Part shown: piece after piece, positions 1 to 8,486 of the stretch | Layout of the letters: the number at the start of each line of letters is the position of its first letter | Position numbering within the stretch: position 1 is the stretch's first letter | Source of the DNA: Magnetococcus sp. DMHC-6 | GTDB taxonomy: Bacteria > Pseudomonadota > Magnetococcia > Magnetococcales > JADFZT01 | Assembly (NCBI GenBank): GCA_039908535.1 | Contig: JAMOAW010000006.1 | Coordinates: forward strand, 1,842 to 65,841 | Direction: 5' to 3' | DNA length: 64,000 nt | Program-made: the position numbers and the translations under genes | The notes under the pieces: model-generated | Told to the model about the DNA's origin: nothing | The model's database searches: none | What the model saw: the letters and a program-made list of their open reading frames with translations, nothing else

Positions 1-72
1 GAACAAACAGTCTTTATTGAAATGCTGGGTGAACGTTTAGATACCTTACGTAAACGGCTAAAAATCAAATAG
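1..72 (+). CDS. 3' end of an unidentified CDS (partial at window edge)
   Basis: Frame 1 is open from the window edge to TAG at 70-72 (EQTVFIEMLGERLDTLRKRLKIK*). 23 aa is too short to identify. Confidence 0.3.
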   Translation, partial: EQTVFIEMLGERLDTLRKRLKIK

Positions 73-88
73 ATGGAAACATCCAAAC

Positions 89-1642
89 ATGACCAAACAA
101 CGACTTATTCGTCTCCGTTTAGAAAAACCGATCACCCCATCCGATCTGGCCGCCCACCCGGTTGTGGCTGCTGGCTTGGGAAAATCCACATCGGCCCAAG
201 GGTCGGTCATCTATTACGATACCCACAACCTGGAGCTTTGGCAGCGTGGAAGTATACTCTCCCTATGTCATCAAGAAGAGGCATGGCTACAAAGAATCGG
301 ACCCGTGCAAACAGAGGAATCTTTGGATGCCTCGGAACAGATGGAAAAAATAACGTTAAAAAGTGCCACCCCTCATTTTAGTCAGTTTAAAGAGCAAAAA
401 AAGAGCCGCAAATATATCGGTCAGATTCCGATTAAATCTCTTGAACCGCTGTTTGCAATGGAGCTGCGCAAAACCCGATGGACCCTGACATTTCCAGAGT
501 CGACCCGCCTTTTACTGATTTTGGAAGAGGGGCAGATACAACACAATAATCATCTGCAACCCTTTTGTGAACTGCTTCTTTATTATAAATCTGGGGATCC
601 CCTGCGTTTTCATCAGACTGCTTTGGCCTTGGCACACGATTTTTCCCCTCTCCTGGGTTGTGCGGCCCCGGAAATTCGTTTTTTTCTTGGACTGCACCCC
701 AAAAAAGGAATAAATTTTTCCTATCAAGAGATCAAACCGCCCAAATCTGGAACAACTGCCGAGACGGCCTTGACCATTGTTTGTCGCGACTTGGTACAAG
801 CGGTTCGACACGCTTTATGCCCCCTATTGCACGGTCAGGACGAAGAACGCTTTGCCGCACTCGAACAATTTCGCGCGATGGTGACCCGGATTCGTGTTTT
901 ATTAGATCTTTATCGCCCTCTACTCCCACAAAGCATTCGTGCCGACCTCGACAGCGAGCTCAACTGGCTCATGGCCGAGACTGGACCCGCTTGGTTATGG
1001 GATCTATTTAGTTTACATACCTTAAAGTCCTTTATGGTCTGGTTTGCAGGGGATGGCGAACCGAATCATTCCGAATTTTTAGGGCTCACCAATCAAATTC
1101 AAGCTGTTCGAGAAAAAACTTGGCAGCGCAGTATAAGCGCGATAAGCTCATTTCGTTTCACCCGATTGATTTTAGGTTTGGAAAACTGGTTGGCCAGTTT
1201 GGGTTGGCAACCTATGATTGATCTTCCACAAAAACAACAACTCAACAAACCTGTCAAAGAGTTATCCCTAGAGGCTTTACATGATCTACACCGAGCCATT
1301 CCCGATTTGATGCGTTCTTTTCCTGATATTTCAGAAAATCGGCTCCGTTCTCTCATTGATGCCACCTCCATGCTGGCCGATTTAGTCTGGTTTTTTTCGC
1401 AAGTTTATGTCAGTCAGCACGCCAAAACGTATGCAATACAACTAAATGCCTTTTTGAATTCATTACGGCGTCTTGAAGAACTACAACGGGCTGGGCGTCT
1501 GATCAAACAGATTGTTTCCCCTGCGGACCATCCAACGGTGCATTTGGCGCGTGGTTGGCTGAGTGCCATTCAAATGCAACGCAATGGCGAGGTTATCGCC
1601 ACAGGCGAGCAATTCCTGCGGCTGAAACCTTTCTGGATTTGA
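89..1642 (+). CDS. CYTH + CHAD two-domain protein (triphosphate-tunnel / polyphosphate-associated family)
   Basis: 517-aa ORF. The N-terminal ~180 aa are CYTH-like (RLRLEK... beta-rich region). The C-terminal ~300 aa are helical with Arg/His-rich helices typical of CHAD. Assignment is by eye. Confidence 0.6.
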   Translation: MTKQRLIRLRLEKPITPSDLAAHPVVAAGLGKSTSAQGSVIYYDTHNLELWQRGSILSLCHQEEAWLQRIGPVQTEESLDASEQMEKITLKSATPHFSQFKEQKKSRKYIGQIPIKSLEPLFAMELRKTRWTLTFPESTRLLLILEEGQIQHNNHLQPFCELLLYYKSGDPLRFHQTALALAHDFSPLLGCAAPEIRFFLGLHPKKGINFSYQEIKPPKSGTTAETALTIVCRDLVQAVRHALCPLLHGQDEERFAALEQFRAMVTRIRVLLDLYRPLLPQSIRADLDSELNWLMAETGPAWLWDLFSLHTLKSFMVWFAGDGEPNHSEFLGLTNQIQAVREKTWQRSISAISSFRFTRLILGLENWLASLGWQPMIDLPQKQQLNKPVKELSLEALHDLHRAIPDLMRSFPDISENRLRSLIDATSMLADLVWFFSQVYVSQHAKTYAIQLNAFLNSLRRLEELQRAGRLIKQIVSPADHPTVHLARGWLSAIQMQRNGEVIATGEQFLRLKPFWI

Positions 1643-1656
1643 TGGGGATATATATA

Positions 1657-2553
1657 ATGAAAAAACAGGATCTTAAACAGGCGCAAAAGGTACTTAAAGG
1701 AATTACGCTTCCTTCTCGGCCCAACGTGATGCTCAATGTCATTAAAGCCTTGAACGAATTTGCCCCAGATCTACGCAAAGTGATTCAAATTGTTAGCCAA
1801 GACATGGTCTTATCATCGCATGTTTTGACCGAAGCCAATACGCAAATTTCCGGTTTTCGCCGTCAGGTTGCCTCTATTGAGCAGGCCATGACTTTGCTGG
1901 GGATTGATCATATTCGCAAGGTAGTTGCGCGTCAATTTTTGCGTACCACGCTGATCGGTCGGGATGGACCTTTACAAGATCTCCGTTTTCGTGGGGTAGA
2001 GACGGGCTTGATCTCTGCCTATTTGGCACGGGAGTTACCCAAACACTCCCCCTCTTTTCAAAGCGGTTTTCTCCCCTCTATCCATCCCGATGAGGCCTAT
2101 GTTTTGGGTCTGTTTCATGATTGTGGTCAAGCGGTTCTCATGCAGCGTTTTCCAGGCTACGAACTGTTTCAAAAAGAGATACATCGAAGATCCGATACCA
2201 GTCTAGTTGCCGCAGAGATGGAACGTTATGCCACCAATCACTGTTTAGTTGGATATCTATTATGTGAATCTTGGAGCCTCCCAGAACATCTTTGTGAAGT
2301 GGTTGCGGTACATCATCAGTCACAAACATTTTCCAGACCTGGTCGTAAAATTAAAGATCGTCAGGCGGCGACGCTGCAAGGGATTTTAAATTTAGCCGAA
2401 TTTTTATCAGGAGAGTATTCCCACTTTGAATGGGAGCAGATTCGTTCAGATGTTTGCCGATTTTTTGATATGGAAGAGTCTGAAATAGTTCCTTTTAAAA
2501 ATCAAATACGGGCTTACCTGGAAAATTCTGCCAACCAAATCTCATTACTTTAA
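1657..2553 (+). CDS. HDOD domain signalling protein
   Basis: ATG at 1657 (MKKQDLKQAQKVLKGITLPSRPNVMLNVIKAL...VIQIVSQDMVLSSHVLTEANT) matches the HDOD N-terminal signature. An HD-like core is present (GLFHDCGQ, AVHH). The track ORF from 1555 overlaps the upstream gene, so the internal ATG is preferred. Confidence 0.75.
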   Translation: MKKQDLKQAQKVLKGITLPSRPNVMLNVIKALNEFAPDLRKVIQIVSQDMVLSSHVLTEANTQISGFRRQVASIEQAMTLLGIDHIRKVVARQFLRTTLIGRDGPLQDLRFRGVETGLISAYLARELPKHSPSFQSGFLPSIHPDEAYVLGLFHDCGQAVLMQRFPGYELFQKEIHRRSDTSLVAAEMERYATNHCLVGYLLCESWSLPEHLCEVVAVHHQSQTFSRPGRKIKDRQAATLQGILNLAEFLSGEYSHFEWEQIRSDVCRFFDMEESEIVPFKNQIRAYLENSANQISLL

Positions 2554-2577
2554 AAACGGAAGTTCGTAAAGATAACG

Positions 2578-3312
2578 ATGGCCAACATCTATCCCTTGAT
2601 TCGCAAACGGGTCGATTCTTCAGACAATCCATTTTGGATTAGTTATGCCGATTTGATGACCGCTCTGGTGATGCTTTTTCTTGTTGTCATGTCCATCTCT
2701 ATGGTGGCCGTGGCCTCACGTCCTTTAGTAGAAAAAAAGGTGCGTGAAAGCGAAATTTCAGATATTTTAAATCTTCTGGACCTTGAAGCACAGAACAAAA
2801 AGGTAGATATTGTCATTGATCGCAACACCCATACCATTAGCTTTGGAGATCAGGCCCGTTTTGCTTTTGATAGTTTTCAACTCTCTGAAGCCGCTCGTCA
2901 ACGACTGCGTCAATTTGTTCCTTTGCTTTTGGAGACAGAAAAGGATGAAAAGACCAAACGTTGGTTAAAACGAGTACATATTGAAGGGTATACCGATGCC
3001 ACGGGAACATATTTATACAATGTCAACCTCTCTTTAAATCGGGCACAAGCCGTGGTGTGCGCGCTGTTTGCTGGAGAATTGACCGAGGAGCAAAGACAAC
3101 GACTCAGACAGCTTTTAATTATTGACGGTGCCTCCACCACCAGCATAAAAGAGAGTCCCGGGGAGAGTCGTCGGGTTGAGGTCCATTTGGAATTTCGTTC
3201 GGTTGGAGATGTGAGTGTCAACCATGCACTCCCCAACATGCCGCTTGGTAATTGTGCCATTCCTATCGGAGAGAACACAAAATCCAAGCCAGTTGAACCC
3301 GTTCTTCCCTAA
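2578..3312 (+). CDS. MotB-like / OmpA-family peptidoglycan-binding membrane protein
   Basis: N-terminus NPFWISYADLMTALVMLFLVVM is a MotB-type plug plus single TM helix. The C-terminus has the OmpA-like motif (VHIEGYTDATG...NVNLSLNRAQAV). No MotA/ExbB/TolQ-type partner is seen nearby. Confidence 0.7.
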   Translation: MANIYPLIRKRVDSSDNPFWISYADLMTALVMLFLVVMSISMVAVASRPLVEKKVRESEISDILNLLDLEAQNKKVDIVIDRNTHTISFGDQARFAFDSFQLSEAARQRLRQFVPLLLETEKDEKTKRWLKRVHIEGYTDATGTYLYNVNLSLNRAQAVVCALFAGELTEEQRQRLRQLLIIDGASTTSIKESPGESRRVEVHLEFRSVGDVSVNHALPNMPLGNCAIPIGENTKSKPVEPVLP

Positions 3313-3326
3313 AATTTATTAATTTT

Positions 3327-3356
3327 TTATAACAAGCTATTTTTTTATTGTATAAT
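3327..3356 (+). promoter_or_regulatory. Possible sigma-70 promoter (TTATAA-N18-TATAAT)
   Basis: Perfect TATAAT at 3351-3356 with a weak -35 at 3327-3332. If used, it excludes the TTG at 3348 as a start and favours ATG 3432 for the downstream RHH gene. Confidence 0.3.
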
Positions 3357-3431
3357 CAAAAACTTTGTGGAAATGTAGAAAGGGTGAGTATTTTTTTAAT
3401 TCATTGCGTAAAAAAGGTTATAAATCAACTC

Positions 3432-3656
3432 ATGCACACTTCCAATCGTATTCAAAATCGAGTACGACCGCTGACTGGAGCCACCTTAAGACGACGGCAT
3501 GGGGATGTAAAAATCCAAGTATGTGTTAAACTACCAGAGGAGATCGTTGCCCATCTGGATCAGTTGGTTGCAAAAAATGGATCGTCACGGTCACAAGTTG
3601 TTTTGGAACTCATCACCCATGCCCATGCAGAACTACAAACAGAACAAATGGCATGA
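3432..3656 (+). CDS. Ribbon-helix-helix (CopG/MetJ-like) small DNA-binding protein
   Basis: The C-terminal half, VKIQVCVKLPEEIVAHLDQLVAKNGSSRSQVVLELITHA, has the beta-strand/helix/helix RHH pattern. The start is uncertain (TTG 3348 vs ATG 3432). Confidence 0.55.
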   Translation: MHTSNRIQNRVRPLTGATLRRRHGDVKIQVCVKLPEEIVAHLDQLVAKNGSSRSQVVLELITHAHAELQTEQMA

Positions 3657-3697
3657 ATGGGGTTGGATAAACCATTATTATAAAAAAATCAGGTAAA

Positions 3698-4426
3698 ATG
3701 GAAACATTAGCCGCACCTTCAGGACTTCGGAATATGATCAACTTTTCCAAAAACGAACTTAGCCAACAACTGCGGCGTTTGAAAGATCAACAGCGCCTGA
3801 TTAACCGCTCTTGGCATACAAAGGGCAACCAGGAACTGTTGGAATTTTTTATGGAAATCATGCCAAAATTGGTCGATGCCGAACGGTGTAGCATTTTCAT
3901 CCATGACCCGACCACCGATCAAGTTTGGCTCCAATGTGGGACTGGACTCTCTGAAAAAGAGATCATCATCCCCAAAACCGGGTCCAACGTTGGAAAGGTG
4001 ATTGCAACGGGAAAACATATTTCCATCAACCTCAAAGAAGAGCAATCCCCCTTTGCCAAACGGGTGGAAGAAAAAACCGGTTTTGTCACCCAAAACATGC
4101 TTTGTGTTCCCATTAAAAGTTTGACCAGCAAAGAGATCACGGGAGCCATCCAAGTTTTAAACAAACAAGGCCGCAAAAAAACAGAAGGTTTCTCCGAAGA
4201 GGATCAAATTCTTTTAAGCAAAGTGGCCCACCATCTGGAAATGGTCATTGAGAACATCTATCTTAGCCAAGAGATGATCAACATCTCCGACAAGTTACGC
4301 GGACGGATCGATTTTGTTGAATGGATCATTAAAATGTGGATGGGATTTATGGGGGTGATTGTGTTGGCCGCCTTTGGAATTATTGTTTATTTTACACCGC
4401 ACATTATCGGTATTTTTCAACGATAA
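3698..4426 (+). CDS. GAF domain protein with C-terminal membrane anchor
   Basis: GAF-like core (ERCSIFIHDPTTDQVWLQ...GKVIATGKHISI...MLCVPIKS...GAIQVLNK). The C-terminal hydrophobic helix is MGFMGVIVLAAFGIIVYF. Confidence 0.65.
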   Translation: METLAAPSGLRNMINFSKNELSQQLRRLKDQQRLINRSWHTKGNQELLEFFMEIMPKLVDAERCSIFIHDPTTDQVWLQCGTGLSEKEIIIPKTGSNVGKVIATGKHISINLKEEQSPFAKRVEEKTGFVTQNMLCVPIKSLTSKEITGAIQVLNKQGRKKTEGFSEEDQILLSKVAHHLEMVIENIYLSQEMINISDKLRGRIDFVEWIIKMWMGFMGVIVLAAFGIIVYFTPHIIGIFQR

Positions 4427-4574
4427 TATGCAAATCCGTCTCTGTATTTTTTTACTGTCTTTCGACGGATGATCTTAAGCCGGTTGGTCTGTAATAAAAA
4501 ACAACAAAACATAATAATCTATCACAAATTTGGATTTGGTTCGCCCCAGATTCACAATTAGGAGGCGTCATTGT

Positions 4575-5279
4575 ATGAAAAGCAGTCATCGTGGTTCCTG
4601 TCTCTCTTTATTGGTTGTACCGGTATTGTTTTGGACAATGCCTGCCCATTCGGCATCCAGCAAATTGGATAATTTCGAAAAGAAGGCTGGTTATGTTTTA
4701 GGTCTGCAGATGGGTGCCCGTTTTAAAGGTATTCCTCTTAAGTTAGACAGTGAAGCCATGCTCCAGGGAATTCGCGATGGGCTAGAAGGGACCAAACCAG
4801 CCATTGAACAAGAAGAGGCCATGCAGATCGAAAAACAGATGGAAGAGAAAATGCGCCAAGAGATGGCCAGCCGTACCCAGGCTCTTGCCGACAAAAACCT
4901 CAAAGAAGGTGTGGATTTTTTAACGAAAAACAAATCTGAAAAAGGGGTTGTGACCACGGCCAGCGGATTACAATATTTGGTCTTAACCCAAGGCAACGGT
5001 CCCAAACCCACCCCAACAGATAAGGTGCAGGTTCATTACAAAGGGACGCTATTGGATGGCACTGAATTTGACAGCTCCTACAAACGCAATAAACCGGTCA
5101 CTTTTCCCCTTGGAAACGTCATTCCCGGTTGGACTGAGGGCGTTCAGTTAATGAATGTCGGTTCGAAATATCGTTTGTTTATTCCGTCTGAATTGGCTTA
5201 TGGTAAACAAGGTCCACGGGGAATTGGTCCAAATGCCACGCTTGTTTTTGAAATCGAACTGCTCGCCATTGAGAAATAA
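4575..5279 (+). CDS. fkpA: FKBP-type peptidyl-prolyl cis-trans isomerase, FkpA/Mip type, secreted
   Basis: AGGAGG at ~4560 precedes ATG 4575. A signal peptide and an N-terminal helical dimerisation region are present. The canonical FKBP C-domain is present (VQVHYKGTLLDGTEFDSSY...FPLGNVIPGWTEG...LVFEIELL). Confidence 0.9.
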   Translation: MKSSHRGSCLSLLVVPVLFWTMPAHSASSKLDNFEKKAGYVLGLQMGARFKGIPLKLDSEAMLQGIRDGLEGTKPAIEQEEAMQIEKQMEEKMRQEMASRTQALADKNLKEGVDFLTKNKSEKGVVTTASGLQYLVLTQGNGPKPTPTDKVQVHYKGTLLDGTEFDSSYKRNKPVTFPLGNVIPGWTEGVQLMNVGSKYRLFIPSELAYGKQGPRGIGPNATLVFEIELLAIEK

Positions 5280-5346
5280 CCAGCCAAAGGATGTGCATCT
5301 AGATATTGCGGATGGGGGGAGATTCCCATCCGCAATATTTTTCATG

Positions 5347-5476
5347 TATCGGAAAAATAAAAATCAAGACCTTGGGGGGCGGAGAACCGCCCCCCAACTC
5401 CCCCACCCTTTTTTTTAATTAAAAAAAAGAGGGGGTCTGGGGGATTCATCCCCCAGGGTTTTGATTTTTTTGCCCG
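5347..5476 (+). repeat. Family-1 G/C-tract palindromic element, full copy (A)
   Basis: The sequence is tatcggaaaaataaaaatcaagaccTTGGGGGGCGGagaaCCGCCCCCCAA...aaaaaaaagagggggtCTGGGGGAttcaTCCCCCAGggttttgatttttttgcccg. It has two perfect hairpins plus imperfect ~25-bp terminal inverted repeats. It lies between convergent genes fkpA and fic. Confidence 0.9.
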
Positions 5477-5542
5477 TAGGGCATTATGTGCAGGCTCATG
5501 GTGCGCTCTGTTTTTTATGTATGGTGAAATCAACACAACGAT

Positions 5543-5593
5543 GTTTATGTCTGAAATTTTCGCAAATCTCAGACATAAACCTGTTTATGTCTG
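5543..5593. repeat. 12-bp perfect inverted repeat plus a third direct copy (gtttatgtctga / tcagacataaac / gtttatgtctg)
   Basis: Arms at 5543-5554 and 5569-5580 with a 14-nt loop. The third copy is at 5583-5593. It lies immediately 3' of the fic stop codon (minus strand). Confidence 0.8.
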
Positions 5594-5613
5594 GTGCGTC
5601 AGACTCAAAATCG

Positions 5614-6717
5614 CTACAGCACATTCCGACCCTCGGCACAGTTCAGCAGTTCACGGAACGCAAAAATAGCAGAACGCCGCCCGCTCTTTTCCCGGAGCGG
5701 ATGGAGAATCCCGGCTTCGCGCAGTCTATGCAGGAAGGGCAAAGCGGTATGCTTGGGGATCCCAGAGCGCAAGATAAAATCACCTGACTGGAAAATCGGA
5801 CGGTCAAACAAGGCGTCCAGCACCTGGATAGCATGTTGTGACCGCGTCAATTCCGTGATTTGACGTTTCATTTTTTCATAGAGTTCCAGTATCTCCCGCA
5901 CCTTTTGGGTATTGGCCCAGGCTTGTTCCACGATGGCATCCAGAAAAAACTCAATCCAACTGATCCAATCGTCATCCTGGCTGATGCCACGCAGACGGGC
6001 GTAATACAGGTCACGATGAGTCTCCAAATATTCGCTCAAATAGAACATTGGGCTGGCCAAAACATGTTTTTGAAACAAAAATAGTGGAATCAACAGGCGT
6101 CCGATGCGACCATTACCATCCTTGAATGGATGAATGAGTTCAAATTGGGCATGCACGACGGCCACTTGCACCAGCAGGTCAAAATCATCCATCGCAAGAT
6201 AACTCTCCCAGGCTTGCAGATGATCCCGCAATTGTAAGGGAGCAGGCGGCACAAAGGTCGCCTGCTCAAACGTACATCCTGCCGGGCCGATCCAATTTTG
6301 ATCCAGACGAAATTGCCCTGGAGTTTTGTTGGCACCGCGCACGCTGTCCATCAAAACCGTGTGCATCTGGCAGATCAATGACAGGGTAAAGGGGCGTTCC
6401 TTCAAAGCCTCGGATGCCAATACAAGGGCCTTACGATAATTACGAATTTCCTGAATGTCCTGGGCTTTCTCCCCACCGAAGTCGATACCCGCTTCGCATT
6501 CCAACACCTCATCGACTGTAGCTTGCGTCCCTTCGATCTTCGAGGAGAGAACCGCCTCGCGAGTGATCAGCGGGGAGAGCAGTATCGAAGGGTTGATAAC
6601 ACTTTGCAATAAGCCATCATAGCGGGCCAAAGCCGCATTGGCGGGGCCAACCTTGCGGATGAGTCGGCCATAATCCAGGTCGGACAGTGGCAGGGATTGC
6701 GGAACATAGGGAATCAT
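5614..6717 (-). CDS. Fic family protein (class II, AMPylation-type active site)
   Basis: The canonical HxFx(D/E)GNGRxxR motif is present as HPFKDGNGRIGR. The N-terminal inhibitory-helix motif [ST]xxxE[GN] is present as SSKIEG. The C-terminal region looks like a winged helix. The start is placed at the internal ATG 6717 (MIPYVPQSLP), because the 122 aa upstream in the 488-aa track ORF resemble R-M gene remnants. Confidence 0.85.
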   Translation of the reverse strand: MIPYVPQSLPLSDLDYGRLIRKVGPANAALARYDGLLQSVINPSILLSPLITREAVLSSKIEGTQATVDEVLECEAGIDFGGEKAQDIQEIRNYRKALVLASEALKERPFTLSLICQMHTVLMDSVRGANKTPGQFRLDQNWIGPAGCTFEQATFVPPAPLQLRDHLQAWESYLAMDDFDLLVQVAVVHAQFELIHPFKDGNGRIGRLLIPLFLFQKHVLASPMFYLSEYLETHRDLYYARLRGISQDDDWISWIEFFLDAIVEQAWANTQKVREILELYEKMKRQITELTRSQHAIQVLDALFDRPIFQSGDFILRSGIPKHTALPFLHRLREAGILHPLREKSGRRSAIFAFRELLNCAEGRNVL

Positions 6718-7449
6718 GCGTTTGCCTCCACAGGGAGAATTCAGAAATTGACTATCAAACAACCTTTTCACAAAACGGCCAAACATTTTCTCCGAAGGTC
6801 GGACGATGGTTAGATGGTATCCGCAGATGACACCAGGAAGCTCTTGTGGCACAAAAGCAACGATAGCGATATCATTAGCGGTCTCGAAATCTTTGGTGAT
6901 GATGACCTCCCCTGGCAGCAAAGAGAATTCAAAATCCGCATTGGCAAAGATACGGCTGATGGGCTTTCCATCCTGTTTGGCCTCTGTGAAAGGACCGAAG
7001 AGATGGGTGATTTCTTCAATATGAGTGTCGGAAAGTTCCTTTCTTTTCGACCCCAGGCTCTTCCTCATCTTCTGCCACATGGCACTGGCATCTATCTATC
7101 ATCTGCACAAGCCCCTTGCGGTGGTCGGGTTTGCGGTTGCTGACGATCCAGATGTAGATGGAGCAGAAACAACATTGAGCCATCCGAAACACGGGGAAGA
7201 CCCGGACCGAATCTCCCGTTATAACCCCTGACTCAAATGTTCCTTGCGGCCCCCTTTTCCCACTTTTTTCCATTCCACGCCGAAGAGAGGATTAGAGAGC
7301 ATGTAGTCAAATTTTTTATAATCAACAAGATGCCCCTTCAGAGCAAAAAAGTCAAAGGCAAAGCCATCACGTTCTTCACATCCTTATTGTGCATACCATT
7401 GAAAAATATTCTAAAACTTAACAGGATTCACCGCCAAGGTGCGAGACAT
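6718..7449 (-). pseudogene. Decayed type I R-M-like N6-adenine methyltransferase (HsdM-like) plus HsdS-like fragment
   Basis: My minus-strand translation from 7449 reads [95 protein letters not shown]. It carries a degenerate NPPF motif (NPLF, 7293-7282) and the [14 protein letters not shown] block, interrupted by 3 stops. Further 3' lie an HsdM C-terminal-like stretch (GSKRKELSDTHIEEITHLFG...ISRIF) and a TRD-like stretch (GYHLTIVRPSEKMFGRFVKRLFDSQF), both now in frame with fic. Confidence 0.6.
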
Positions 7450-7534
7450 CTTTTTAACCCTCCAAAAAAAAATGCAATTGGCTCAAAAACTTTTTAATTT
7501 TTATACGTTGACATACCTTTATAAAACTGGGAAT

Positions 7535-7658
7535 AAATAAAAATCAAGACCTTGGGGGGCGGAGAACCGCCCCCCAACTCCCCCCACCCTTTTTTTTAAT
7601 TAAAAAAAAGAGGGGGTCTGGGGGATTCATCCCCCAGGGTTTTGATTTTTTTGCCCGG
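7535..7658 (+). repeat. Family-1 palindromic element, full copy (B)
   Basis: Near-identical to copy A and in the same orientation. It lies upstream of tatD. Confidence 0.9.
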
Positions 7659-7718
7659 AGGGTGTTATTTTTATGCTAATTTTTTCCGTTCCCTGTTTTG
7701 TTTTAACGGTTGACTTGA

Positions 7719-8486
7719 ATGATCGATACCCATTGTCACCTCCATTTACCGGCCTTTGATACCGACCGCCAAGAGGTCTTGGCCCGCAGTCGCCAAGCGG
7801 GGGTGGACCAATGGGTGGTACCTGGCATACGCCTCAGCGATTTTCCACAACTGGTCGCCCGGCACGAAGAGGGCATTCATCTGGCGTTTGGATTACACCC
7901 TTTTTTTACCCAAGATCACCCCACAGATGGCCCCGATCAACTCATCAACTGGGTAAGGCAATACCACCCCCTGGCTATTGGAGAGATTGGCCTGGATTTT
8001 ATCGCTCCGCAAACAACACATCAAATGCAGTTGGCACTGTTCACCGAACAATTGCGTATTGCCGATCAATTTCACCTGCCGGTTTTGCTGCATGTACGCA
8101 AGGCCCACGATATTGTTCTGGGAGTGCTACGCCAACGCCCATTCCCTTTTGGCGGCATTGTCCATGCGTTTAGCGGCACCCTGCACCAAGCGCGCAGTTA
8201 TATTGAACTTGGATTTTGCCTGGGCTTTGGCGGTGTGGTCACCCGCGACAACGCCCGTCACCTGCGCGATCTCGTCCCCTTTTTGCCAGAGTCTGCCCTG
8301 GTGCTTGAAAGCGACGCCCCCGATCTGCCCCCCGCCGGACATCTTGGCGAACGCAACGAACCCTGCCATTTACCACTGGTTGCCCAAACCCTGGCCACCT
8401 TACGGAAGGTGCCAATCGAACACATGATCACCACCACCAGATTAAATGCCCAGAGAGTTCTTTGGTCGATCCATGGCATGACATGA
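7719..8486 (+). CDS. TatD-family metal-dependent hydrolase/DNase
   Basis: The N-terminus MIDTHCHLH is characteristic, and the conserved His/Asp pattern follows (GEIGLD, LHVRKAHD, GIVHAFSG, LESDAPD). Confidence 0.85.
   Translation: MIDTHCHLHLPAFDTDRQEVLARSRQAGVDQWVVPGIRLSDFPQLVARHEEGIHLAFGLHPFFTQDHPTDGPDQLINWVRQYHPLAIGEIGLDFIAPQTTHQMQLALFTEQLRIADQFHLPVLLHVRKAHDIVLGVLRQRPFPFGGIVHAFSGTLHQARSYIELGFCLGFGGVVTRDNARHLRDLVPFLPESALVLESDAPDLPPAGHLGERNEPCHLPLVAQTLATLRKVPIEHMITTTRLNAQRVLWSIHGMT

Noticed and set aside
3719-4153. 144-aa minus-strand ORF
   Set aside because: It is antisense to the GAF-domain gene, has no motifs and has no RBS context.
5342-5536. Small ORFs crossing family-1 repeats that share peptide strings such as PWGMNPPDPLFF and GGRFSAPQGLD (also 25273-25524, 34494-34739, 41098-41640, 41154-41384)
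   Set aside because: The shared peptides simply reflect the repeated DNA. The ORFs occur on whichever strand happens to be open, lack RBSs, and have different lengths and ends at each copy. They are not considered coding.
5614-7080. The 488-aa ORF as the genuine Fic protein
   Set aside because: The first ~121 aa resemble an HsdM C-terminus plus an HsdS fragment and continue upstream into a stop-riddled methylase remnant. A start at ATG 6717 gives a Fic protein of what I recall as typical size (368 aa). A fusion product cannot be excluded without N-terminal data.
7756-8427. Alternative-frame ORFs within tatD (7756-7956, 7811-8173, 7978-8427 and minus-strand ORFs)
   Set aside because: They overlap a CDS with clear TatD motifs. 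They are Pro/Arg/Trp-rich, as expected of off-frame translation of moderately GC-rich coding DNA.
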